DNA of 64,000 nucleotides from Euprymna scolopes (Eukaryota): NCBI GenBank assembly GCA_053919585.1, contig JBSSHM010000097.1; one strand, 5' to 3'. Shown piece by piece: positions 55,323 to 64,000 of this stretch (position 1 is its first letter; each line of letters starts with the position of its first letter). The notes under the pieces were generated by a model. It saw only the letters and a program-made list of their open reading frames with translations, ran no database searches and was not told where the DNA came from. The position numbers and the translations under genes were made by a program.

Positions 55323-57473
55323 ATGATTCATAATATATTTAATTTTTGCAAAGCCAAAGGCAATGTAAACATTGCACAAAAAATTTATATAAGCTCAATC
55401 TTAGCGATTGGGCTTTTTATTTCAGCTCAAACTTTTGCTTCTGAGAATTACAATCAGATTGGGAAGCAATACATCCAAGAAAATTATTCTGAACTAGGAA
55501 TTAAAAAATCAGAGATTCAATCATTGACAAGAGTGATGAATCTCCAAGTCAGATACGGTACTTCAGCTAACGCTTTAAGTCAAAAGCAAAATGCTGATAT
55601 AGAAAGAATACAGGGAGTCAAGATGGGCGGTGTAGATATAGGAAAACTTGTCTTCAAAGCCGAGAACATAACTGCGAAGATCAATATTTACAATAATCAG
55701 GCGTTTAAAGAAGTTATAAAAAATCTGAGTAGTATTACTGTAAATCCACAGATTGAAGAAAAATATTCAATGCTTGAGAACAAGATTCACGTGCAAGAAG
55801 AAGCAGTAAATTCAGTTAAACCCCAAAGGTCTTCACTTTTAGAAATAGCTAAAGATAACTTTATAGGTCTAGGCGATCAACTCAAGTTTGCAAAAGCTTC
55901 AGCTAAGGTGTTATACAAAAACTTTCCTTTAGTCAAAATAGCCGATACCGCCTTAGATGCTAAAGGCAAGGTAGAAAATGCTCACTATGTATACAAAGTT
56001 ACAAAATCTCTGAATTCTTTATTAGAAGCTAAAAAGTCTGATACAGACGCACCACTTTCTCTACAACAACTACGTTCAGTTCTTGGTGTTATCAAGGAAG
56101 TCGGGATTGAAGATAAAAAAAACAAAAAAGCACTTGGTATATCAGGTCAACTACTATCCATAACCTCAAGCATAGAAAAACTTATATCGAATACTGGAAG
56201 TGATAGCGATCTCAACAAACTAAAACAAGTACAAGCATCCGTACCTAATAGTCAGGATATTGTTGATAATGCAATCAAATACAAAGAACTTGAAATAGAA
56301 AAAGAGACTATATCTTTAATTACCAAGTTAATAGTTCTCGCTGATCAAACTGAATATATTGGAGATATTACGAAAGTCGGTGATGCTATAGATGACGTGT
56401 TCAAAAATGGTACTAAGAGAGTTTTAACCAGATATGCTAAAGAGCTTGATGAGACTACCAATGAATTTGATGGCGAGATGGACAAACTTTTAGCTACCTC
56501 ACAAGAAGTCATCAGAGAAATAGAAACCGATTTAGGAAAACAGGTAGCATTTGATTACGATGAAAATATCCCCCCACCAACTTTCGCAACCAACGAAGAT
56601 GAAAAAAACCAATACACACCTCCTCAGCAAGAAACTAACCCTGATGTAGAAGACGCTCTCACAGACAATATCAAGGAAGAAAGTAATTCAAATCGTCAAA
56701 GCATGGGCTTTTCATCAGGCATCAGTAATAAACAACATTACTTCTATTCTTCAGCCGTACAAGTATCAATACAAAGACCAAATAGAGATGAAATCCTCTC
56801 TGACCTTATTGGCACAGGGCGTATTGGACTTCAAATCCAACATTTTGAAGAAAGTGGTGTGGGAGGGGTACAAGAAGGCTATGTTGGCGGTGATGTCAAT
56901 ATTCGTGCAGAAACCATTCAAGACACCCCTTCCTCTGATGAGGATGGAGATTCACGGGCAGATTACGCCTATCTTGGCTGGGGAGATTGGAATTCAAATC
57001 AATCTTTCCGAGACACTTGGGGAAACCGAGAACAACAAAACATTGTCCATGGGCATTACCTCATCGGCATTAAAACCAATGAGTATCCCGACCGAGGACG
57101 CTATCCTACAGGTAACGCTACCTATAACGGCTCCATTCAAGGAGACTATGTGAATGTTTCAGGTACAAGAGAACTCAATGCGATTACTGGGAGTATTAAC
57201 ATGAATGTGAATTTTGGAAATAATATCCTCTCAGGAAGTATTAACGCTCAACGCAGTGGCAGTAATTGGGCTACGGCAAATTTCAGCAATACCAATTTCA
57301 ATCGAAGTGAAAATCGTTTTCAAGGACAAATGAGTGTACAAAATGGAGGAAGAGGGCAAATAGAGGGTTCGTTTTATGGTAATGAAGCTCAAGAAGTCGG
57401 AGGAGCCTTTTACATTGACAAGCAACACGGAGATGCTGGTGGAGCGAGTGGTATTTTCAGGGCTAAGAAATAA
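55323..57473 (+). CDS. large secreted protein with C-terminal TbpB-like beta-barrel (T11SS/Slam cargo); likely start 55323
   Basis: Signal-peptide-like ILAIGLFISAQTFA; C-terminus PTG.ATY.G, VNF....L.G.I, G.FYG..A.EVGG.F, G.F.AKK; adjacent to Slam-like gene. Confidence 0.8.
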   Translation: MIHNIFNFCKAKGNVNIAQKIYISSILAIGLFISAQTFASENYNQIGKQYIQENYSELGIKKSEIQSLTRVMNLQVRYGTSANALSQKQNADIERIQGVKMGGVDIGKLVFKAENITAKINIYNNQAFKEVIKNLSSITVNPQIEEKYSMLENKIHVQEEAVNSVKPQRSSLLEIAKDNFIGLGDQLKFAKASAKVLYKNFPLVKIADTALDAKGKVENAHYVYKVTKSLNSLLEAKKSDTDAPLSLQQLRSVLGVIKEVGIEDKKNKKALGISGQLLSITSSIEKLISNTGSDSDLNKLKQVQASVPNSQDIVDNAIKYKELEIEKETISLITKLIVLADQTEYIGDITKVGDAIDDVFKNGTKRVLTRYAKELDETTNEFDGEMDKLLATSQEVIREIETDLGKQVAFDYDENIPPPTFATNEDEKNQYTPPQQETNPDVEDALTDNIKEESNSNRQSMGFSSGISNKQHYFYSSAVQVSIQRPNRDEILSDLIGTGRIGLQIQHFEESGVGGVQEGYVGGDVNIRAETIQDTPSSDEDGDSRADYAYLGWGDWNSNQSFRDTWGNREQQNIVHGHYLIGIKTNEYPDRGRYPTGNATYNGSIQGDYVNVSGTRELNAITGSINMNVNFGNNILSGSINAQRSGSNWATANFSNTNFNRSENRFQGQMSVQNGGRGQIEGSFYGNEAQEVGGAFYIDKQHGDAGGASGIFRAKK

Positions 57474-57490
57474 GCGAGAAAACTCATACC

Positions 57491-58840
57491 ATGCGAACCA
57501 CTCTCACTTTGCGTCTATTCCTGTGCCTTACAGTATTCTTCTTCAATACACCTGTCTTTGCAGATGATACCCTCAATAAACAAGCTCATGGCTTTATAAA
57601 AGAAGGAAAATTCAAAGAAGCTCTTCCTCTACTTAAACAGCAAATTACAAACAACACAGCCAATACAGAAACCTATTTCTTGTTGGGAGTTTCTCAGAGT
57701 CGTTTAGGCAATTTTCCTGAAGCTATCAAGCACCTTACCACCGCAATAGAACAAGAACCGAGTCAAGGACAAATACGGCTGGAGCTTGCTCTTGCGTATT
57801 ATGCCAAAGGAACTCAGGAATCTACTCAGCAAGATTTAGACACGGCAAAGGGAGAGTTTCTCATTGTCAAAAAACAACCCAATCTCCCTGAAGGTGTATC
57901 CCAAAAAGTGGATTATTATCTTGGCAGAATTGAGCAGGTAGAAAGCAATGGATTTCCCAAAAACTGGAGTATCATTTTCTCTGCTGGTTATCTCAATGAC
58001 AGCAACGCCAATGCAGCCACGGATGAAGATGAAGTATTGATCTTCAACCTGCCTTTCACACTCTCAGATGATGCCAAAGAAACCGCAGATAATGCCTATA
58101 AATACCAGATAGGATTTCAGCACAGCAAGAGTTTTAGCAATACCCTACAACTCCGCTCAAATCTTGGTATATCCCAAACAGATTACCAAAAGCTCAATAC
58201 ATTGGATTTACTCAGTTTGAATGCCTCCTTTGGTCTTTTCTACAAAAGCGGAAGTATCACCTATGGTTTGCCTTTAACATACAACCGCTTAAAAGTCGGT
58301 CATGAGCAGGACTATTACAACCAAACACGGGGTATCAGTCCTCAAATATTGATAGCGTTTGGAAAAAATAGCGTGTGGGATAATCATTTTGTGTTGCAAG
58401 AACGACAATACAAAACTGCTACTACAAGGGATGGTATCTCTGTAAGCTACCGACCCAGTTTCAAGTATTACTTCTCACAAAATGATTTTATCGGTATTGG
58501 GTCTTCTATTGGAAAGGAATTATCAAAAGAAGAGATTAACAGCAATTCAACTCATTCATTCCGTTTGGAATACAACACACTTTTCTGGAACGCTCTGAGC
58601 TTATATATTGCTCCATCGTATAACGAAACCAAGTATGACGAAAAAGAAGCCTCCTATGATGAAATTCGCCATGATAAAGCAAGTTCCATCTACACTAATC
58701 TTTCGTATCGTTTCACGGGATATAAAGGATTCAAGCCTAATCTATCCCTCAATTACAGCCACACGAAAAACGATTCCAACCTGCCTATCTATACCTACAA
58801 ACGCCAACAAATAGGATTGACGCTGAATGTGAGTTATTAA
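57491..58840 (+). CDS. Slam-like (TPR + DUF560-type beta-barrel) outer-membrane translocon, type XI secretion
   Basis: Signal peptide, TPRs (IRLELALAYY), DSNAN, amphipathic beta-strands, terminal aromatic residue (LNVSY). Confidence 0.8.
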   Translation: MRTTLTLRLFLCLTVFFFNTPVFADDTLNKQAHGFIKEGKFKEALPLLKQQITNNTANTETYFLLGVSQSRLGNFPEAIKHLTTAIEQEPSQGQIRLELALAYYAKGTQESTQQDLDTAKGEFLIVKKQPNLPEGVSQKVDYYLGRIEQVESNGFPKNWSIIFSAGYLNDSNANAATDEDEVLIFNLPFTLSDDAKETADNAYKYQIGFQHSKSFSNTLQLRSNLGISQTDYQKLNTLDLLSLNASFGLFYKSGSITYGLPLTYNRLKVGHEQDYYNQTRGISPQILIAFGKNSVWDNHFVLQERQYKTATTRDGISVSYRPSFKYYFSQNDFIGIGSSIGKELSKEEINSNSTHSFRLEYNTLFWNALSLYIAPSYNETKYDEKEASYDEIRHDKASSIYTNLSYRFTGYKGFKPNLSLNYSHTKNDSNLPIYTYKRQQIGLTLNVSY

Positions 58841-58843
58841 AAT

Positions 58844-59422
58844 TCAATCTGGAAACCATAATACCACTTCCTTTCCTCTCTCATCAGTCCATCTCGTGCT
58901 TTGGTTTCTTCGTTTCGCAAATTCATAAGCCTTCTTGCCCAATAGACGCTGAGTCTTTTCCAAATTACTATCAGAAACTCTATTATTCCTGAGATTATTA
59001 TCTAACCAACCACAAAAATAGATTTTGTCAGCCTCCTCAATGTTGGAATAATAAGGAGCTATATCTGAGGTTGTCGGAACGTTCTTTGGATTGGCACATT
59101 TAGGTATGTTTTCATTGAATTGTGAGAAAAATTCTCTCGGATTTAAAGCATTGGCACTATCGTTTGTAGTTTTGAGTGCATTTACCAAATCCCAATATGT
59201 TTTTTTGGGTTCAATAAAGGTGTGTACTTCAAACCCTTGCTCTATATTTTTGAAAATAACGAAGTTGTGTCGTAAACAGCCCATGACCAATTCAAAGGGG
59301 GTAGTATCTATGAAAAATAAGCAGTCAAAAGTAAGATGATTAAGCGTATAACGAAATTTATATCTTTCAATATTTTGCTCTTTCATACTTCTATATAGTG
59401 GCACTAATCCTGATAATTTCAT
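58844..59422 (-). CDS. hypothetical protein, DUF6037-like
   Basis: L..L..SM....I....F.......FD..FFID..P..L..G and E..K.YF.GW..N.......V...NLEKT pattern recalled for DUF6037. Confidence 0.55.
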   Translation of the reverse strand: MKLSGLVPLYRSMKEQNIERYKFRYTLNHLTFDCLFFIDTTPFELVMGCLRHNFVIFKNIEQGFEVHTFIEPKKTYWDLVNALKTTNDSANALNPREFFSQFNENIPKCANPKNVPTTSDIAPYYSNIEEADKIYFCGWLDNNLRNNRVSDSNLEKTQRLLGKKAYEFAKRRNQSTRWTDERGKEVVLWFPD

Positions 59423-59456
59423 TATTTTATACTCCTCAATATTAGATAAACATAAC

Positions 59457-60242
59457 TTACAACTCCTTTACCAACTGCTCATACGCCGTATTTACCTGCT
59501 TAAACTTCTCGCCCATCTCACGCAAAAATTCCTCACTTTTACCAACATGCCTATCTGGATGATACTGTATGGCTTTTCTACGAAATGCTTTCTTAATATC
59601 TTCTGAGGTGTGGTTTCCATTCGGGTCAAGTCCAAGGATTTTCAAGTATCGTTCACGACTCGTTTCACTTCTCGTATAAGATTGTTGCCTTGAATGAGAC
59701 GAACTCCCAGAATCACTACTTGAACGCTGTGAACCACTGGAAGACTGAGAACTCCTTGAACTACCTGAAGACCCTGAACTCCCAGCCCCACCCGAAGACT
59801 GTTTTTTCTCACTCCGAGCTTTCTGTTTCTGACGAAACCGCTCCGATTCTTCTTGCCGTTTTTTTCTTGCTTCTTCTTGGTTATCACGATTTGACTGAGC
59901 ATTAGCTTTCGCTTGTTCATACTGCCTTCTGAGTTCTTCAACCTCTTCTTCCTTCCGCTTAATATCTTCATACGCATCACGGTAACGAATACTATTTATG
60001 AGGTCGCTGAGAGCTTCACCAACCCCACTGAGAGCCGAAGCATAGGGAAGCAAAAAACCAAAGCAAAAAGAGCCAACCATCAACCATATATAACCCTCAG
60101 AAAAACCATAGTGATACAAAAAAGACAAAACTAAGAACACCATAATGGCGAATTTCCAAAAAGAAAAACGCCTTGTTGTTTGGACTATGAACCCAAAGGA
60201 GAACAGAACAACAAACAGAAATACAGCGACCGAGAAATTCAT
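59457..60242 (-). CDS. membrane-anchored J-domain (DnaJ) protein
   Basis: Three N-terminal TMs, coiled coil, Ser/Gly linker, C-terminal ILGL...IKKAFR.....HPD...F..V..AY..L. Confidence 0.85.
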   Translation of the reverse strand: MNFSVAVFLFVVLFSFGFIVQTTRRFSFWKFAIMVFLVLSFLYHYGFSEGYIWLMVGSFCFGFLLPYASALSGVGEALSDLINSIRYRDAYEDIKRKEEEVEELRRQYEQAKANAQSNRDNQEEARKKRQEESERFRQKQKARSEKKQSSGGAGSSGSSGSSRSSQSSSGSQRSSSDSGSSSHSRQQSYTRSETSRERYLKILGLDPNGNHTSEDIKKAFRRKAIQYHPDRHVGKSEEFLREMGEKFKQVNTAYEQLVKEL

Positions 60243-60262
60243 GTTTTTTGCCTATTTCTCAT

Positions 60263-60523
60263 TTACTCTCCCCATCTTAAACCCTGTTTCACAAACCGAA
60301 TAACAAAACCCAAGCCAAACAAGCCTGACAGAATAACATCATTCTCAAGAGCAATCTGTTCAGCTAACACACCCCCAACTATGAAGGAGATAAGCAAAAT
60401 ATTGAGACCAATATACCAACCCCACCGTGTCCATAAATAACGAATATTTCGTACTACATAGGCAAGATACCACCCCAAACCAAAAGCAATGACTCCAAGA
60501 AAAATAAACTCTGTGTCATTCAT
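60263..60523 (-). CDS. small membrane protein (likely start MNDTEF at 60523)
   Basis: Three hydrophobic segments; ATGA overlap with the upstream ORF. Confidence 0.65.
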   Translation of the reverse strand: MNDTEFIFLGVIAFGLGWYLAYVVRNIRYLWTRWGWYIGLNILLISFIVGGVLAEQIALENDVILSGLFGLGFVIRFVKQGLRWGE

Positions 60524-60819
60524 CGCAAAGCCCTGTAAATTTCTTCTATCTTGTAGCAAGTTCTTTGTACTCCATACCATCCAAACCACGCACACACTAA
60601 AAATGGAACCGTAGCTTCCCACACACGATTAAGAGCTATGAGCAAGTCAAGGCTATATGGAAGTACGAACAACAAAGCTAAGATTTTCAGCACTCCAAGG
60701 TTTCTGAATAACCAACCATTCAAAAATCCCAACCCACAAAAAAAGGACAGGGTTATGAAAAACCACTGCCCATCCGAAGCAATAATATTGAGCGTGAAAT
60801 CTCCAATACCCAGCGTCAT
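60520..60819 (-). CDS. small membrane protein
   Basis: Three hydrophobic segments; start overlaps the virD4 stop. Confidence 0.65.
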   Translation of the reverse strand: MTLGIGDFTLNIIASDGQWFFITLSFFCGLGFLNGWLFRNLGVLKILALLFVLPYSLDLLIALNRVWEATVPFLVCAWFGWYGVQRTCYKIEEIYRALR

Positions 60820-62337
60820 TACAACTCCACCCTCTGCAATATGCCATCCCTTCTCTCAATCGTCATCTCAACCGCACTGTGTCCCGTATGTCGTTTCATA
60901 GCCCAGTTTTCAAAATATGCTTTGCTTTTGAGCATAACAGGCTGTTTGTTGCTTGAAACTACCAGCACTTCATCTGATGCAATGGTGCGTATTTCTGAGG
61001 CATTTATCAGGTTATATTCCCGATACTGGTCAGTCGTATCATCAAACTCTTTGCGTTTGCGTTCTCGTACTTTGCCAATGACATTTTCAAAAAACTGTGT
61101 GGTATGCGGGTCAGAACCAGCGTAAGTGAGATAGGTATTAAACCCACCTTGGATGGAATCTGCATAGGCTTTGCCGTATCTTGCGGTCAGTTGGCTAATG
61201 CTCTGTAAGATAATAGATAAAGAAACCCTATACCCACGAATCGTATTTGCCGTGGATACAAAATTTGGAATCGTAGAATGCCCAAACTCATCATAGAGAA
61301 CATACACGCTTAAATCTTTACGCTCAGGCATACGCCTCATACAAGCATTGAAGACCGACCTAAAAAACAAGCTCGTCAAAAAACTGTAATACTCCATATG
61401 CTGGGCTGGAGTGATAAAGAAAATAGCTGTTTTCTCTCTGCGTATATCTAACAACGAAATATCTGACTCAGAAGTCAGCAAAGCCAAGTTTTTATTACTC
61501 ATACTCTTTAACGAAGTAATGGCATTTAACACAAAACTTTGAATGCCTTCTTTGTTCCCAGTCAAAACCCCTTTCCACTCATTCCACAGTGTTTCATCAT
61601 TTGGGTCATCTCCATAGACCGTAGAACGACTCATGAAATCATCGAGCTTGGAACCATCCTCACCAAAATTCTGAAACAAATAGTACAAATTATGCAGGGT
61701 TATATACGCCCGCTTGGTCTTCTGATGCGTTTTTGAGGCACTTAATAAAGAGACTCACAAAACGAATCGCCCCTTGAAGCCAAAAATCATCTTTCCCAGC
61801 ACTATTGGGGTTTCCACTACGAACCAAAATCTCTGCGACCTGTTCAATTTCAATATCGCTTTGTACTTCTGCAAAGGGATTAAATCTGCTTGAACGCTCC
61901 ATATTCTCAGGATCAATCGTGATAATACGAAACCCACGTTTTTTGAGCCGATAAGAAGTTTTTTCAAACACTTCGCCTTTGGGGTCGTTGATAACCATTG
62001 AGCAGTTTTCATGTGCTCGTTGTAAAACATTGGGAATGATGTAGCGAGAAGTTTTTCCAGCACCAACACGAGAGAGAACACAGACCCCCTTGAAGCTTTC
62101 TTGTTCCGTCAAAGCTAAAGATTGACCATCGAGTACCAAGCCTCTGTTGTTTGGTTTGAGGTAATCGCTGTAGCTTGATTCTGCATCAAACTTGGCACCT
62201 GTTTTGGAGTTGAGAACCCGACCTTTGGCAAGGAATACTCCACCTTTCCATATCCATTTGAGCGGTGCTGTGATTATCTTTGTTGATTCATTCATAGATG
62301 TTTGCGCATCCCGTTTTTTCTCATTTTTCATAGGCAT
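60819..62337 (-). CDS. VirD4/TraG-like type IV coupling protein, split by a frameshift at GGG 61697-61699
   Basis: Walker A RVGAGKT, INDPKGE, FNP, DDFW, LYDEFG, IILQS.SQL..RYG; removing one base gives YNLHNLYYL. Confidence 0.88.
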
Positions 62338-62444
62338 TTTTTCTTAGAGGATAAAGTGTTCTGACTGCCAGCTTGTACAAGGTTTTTCACTTTGCGTTTT
62401 ACCCAGCCCAAAATATGTTCCATGAGTCATTGATTCAAAAGTCA

Positions 62445-63571
62445 TCATTTCTTTCTGTGACTCGATGAGTCCTGGCTTGATGAGTCTTGACTCTGTGAGT
62501 CAGATTGAGATTGTTTGCTTCGTATCCGCTCCATCTCAATTTTGCGTTGTACTCGTTCTTGAATCACCTCGGTCTCTCTCGAAGTCTGGGCGTTTTTCAT
62601 ATCCTGCTTCTGCTCTGTTTGAGCTGTTTGAGACTTGGCTGACTTCGTCTGGCCAGTCTTGGACTGAACAGTCTCTTTTTTAGAATTATTTGACTGAGCC
62701 TTTGCTTTTTTCTGCTCCGATGTCTCAGAAGCTTTCCTATCTCGTTTTGACCTTGTGGATGATGATTTTTTCATCTCATCAAGCTCGGCTCTCGTTAAAC
62801 CAATGCGTTTAGAACAGGTTTCAAATTCATCCCAAAGCCCTAAAGTTTTGAAACGATGTGGGCGGTCATTGTGGTCTCTCACTCCAACCGTTTTTCCAAG
62901 AACATACAATTTAAGATGAGCTTCACTTAAACTTGCAAAAAACGTTTCCTTGGACTGAATATTCTTTAAGATATTGTTCAGTTTCGCTTTGAGTGCATCC
63001 CTTTGAGGTAATTTGCCCGTTCTACGCTTTTGTTCACCTGCTTTTCGTGAGAACTTTTCTGAGTTCCAGCTTACTTCCTTGCTCATAACCACTTTTTGCT
63101 CAAGCTCAGGATAACGACTCAATACATTTTGCTCTATCTGCTTTTTTATCTGACTGAATTCAGCTTTGGAAAGCCTTGTTTTCTTGGCTAGCCCCGCTTC
63201 ATTAGCACTAATAAGCAAATGGTAATGCAAATGGTCATCATGGTCGTTATGCACACAGCCAAATACTAAATTTCGTGATGCTCGCATATGTGCATATGCG
63301 TAAGCTATTTGCCTGAGAGCTTCTTTTTGTTCTTCAATGCCAAGTTTCTTTGACTTGGTGATGGAAAGAATCTCATGATACATATAATTGGCATTTTTAC
63401 GCTTCTGTACAAATTGGGCATTCTCTTGAAAGTGCTTTTCACCTGTTCATCATTTCTGGTGAAGAGGTTATGGTAGATATGGAACTTGGTATCTGACTTC
63501 TCTATATCTGTCATGTAGTCGATAAGCCCCGCAAAGCTCGGCTCTTTTCTTGACATGGATTTAATGATCAT
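62445..63571 (-). CDS. relaxase/mobilization nuclease (MOB_P-like), split by a frameshift near 63427-63432
   Basis: MIIKS...LIDYM (catalytic Tyr), YHEILS, H.D..HLHYHLL (HUH); one added base gives TF.ENAQFVQKRKNANYMYHE; low-complexity Q/S/K tail. Confidence 0.85.
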
Positions 63572-63961
63572 GGTTGTTGTTTGGGTTACAAATACGACCT
63601 TCGGTGTAGCGTTTCACCACATCATCCAGTTGCTTAATGTATATAAGCAAACTCTGTTCTTCATGCTCGCTCATAGCTTTTATTCTGTTGGAATGATGAG
63701 CCATCTGGTTTACATTGTTGGCAATGTTGAGGATAGCAAAACGCAAGGTTTGGAGTTCTTCCCCGAGGTCAGTGGAATATGGGCTTGCCCGTGTAAAGCA
63801 GACAAAGCCAACTTCTTGACATATGGAGCCAGTTTGGATTGTTCCTTTCTGGCAGAGATGTTGAAGGCACGATACTCATCCTTGCTCAGGGTCAGATTGA
63901 CACGCCGAGACTGGTATGATGCACGGTATTGTTTCAAGTAGTCTTTTCTGTCGCTCGCCAT
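63561..63961 (-). CDS. mobC: MobC relaxosome accessory protein, split by a frameshift near 63774
   Basis: RHH-like RVNLTLS..EY; C-part IANNVNQMAH..N; one added base gives HIPTDLGEELQTLRFAI; overlaps the relaxase start. Confidence 0.8.
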
Positions 63962-64000
63962 AATTTCTGTTGTTAGTGAATATGCCTCTATGCTCTATAC

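Larger units (their letters stand above)
49698..64000. mobile_element. integrative mobilizable element / genomic island (continues past the window end)
   Basis: att-like left border, abrupt switch from core genes to defence/accessory genes, R-M system, relaxase/MobC/VirD4. Confidence 0.85.

Noticed and set aside
59642-60134. Alternative-frame ORFs over the J-domain gene and the many short antisense ORFs elsewhere
   Set aside because: Shadows of well-supported genes, some caused by low-complexity Ser/Gly codons
49698-64000. Apparent absence of CAGCTG sites in the island (restriction-site avoidance)
   Set aside because: Only one or two sites are expected by chance in 14 kb and my scan was by eye, so it is not significant

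Overview
AT-rich gammaproteobacterial chromosome. Bases 1-~49.5 kb are housekeeping genes in unusually scrambled order: murE/murF/mraY, xdhC, recG, gyrB, smpB, Fe3+ ABC permease/ATPase, trmL, tRNA-Ser(TGA), accA, bepA, wecA, a complete atp operon, sufS, nadA, yebC, cyoE, crcB, typA, rplS, dsbC, and a CBS/DUF294 + PAS-exonuclease pair. From ~49.7 kb to the window end lies a mobilizable genomic island. Its left edge is a damaged tmRNA/tRNA-Ala-like 3' fragment with an IHF site and arm-type repeats. The island carries: (i) the best novelty candidate, a ubiquitination-like module with no ubiquitin-fold gene (divergent papain/C39-like Cys peptidase <- -> tandem YegP/DUF1508 protein with a ...IPGS tail, divergent E2-like protein, ThiF/E1 enzyme lacking Zn and catalytic Cys); (ii) an acidic possible DNA-mimic protein; (iii) a complete PvuII-like R-C-M system with C-boxes; (iv) a Slam/T11SS translocon with a large TbpB-barrel cargo; (v) a mobC-relaxase-virD4 module followed by small membrane proteins and a membrane J-domain protein. 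Seven genes are split by single-base indels, mostly in homopolymer runs, which are probably sequencing errors. One TylF-like methyltransferase looks like a real pseudogene. All family assignments come from motif recognition by eye; no searches were run.
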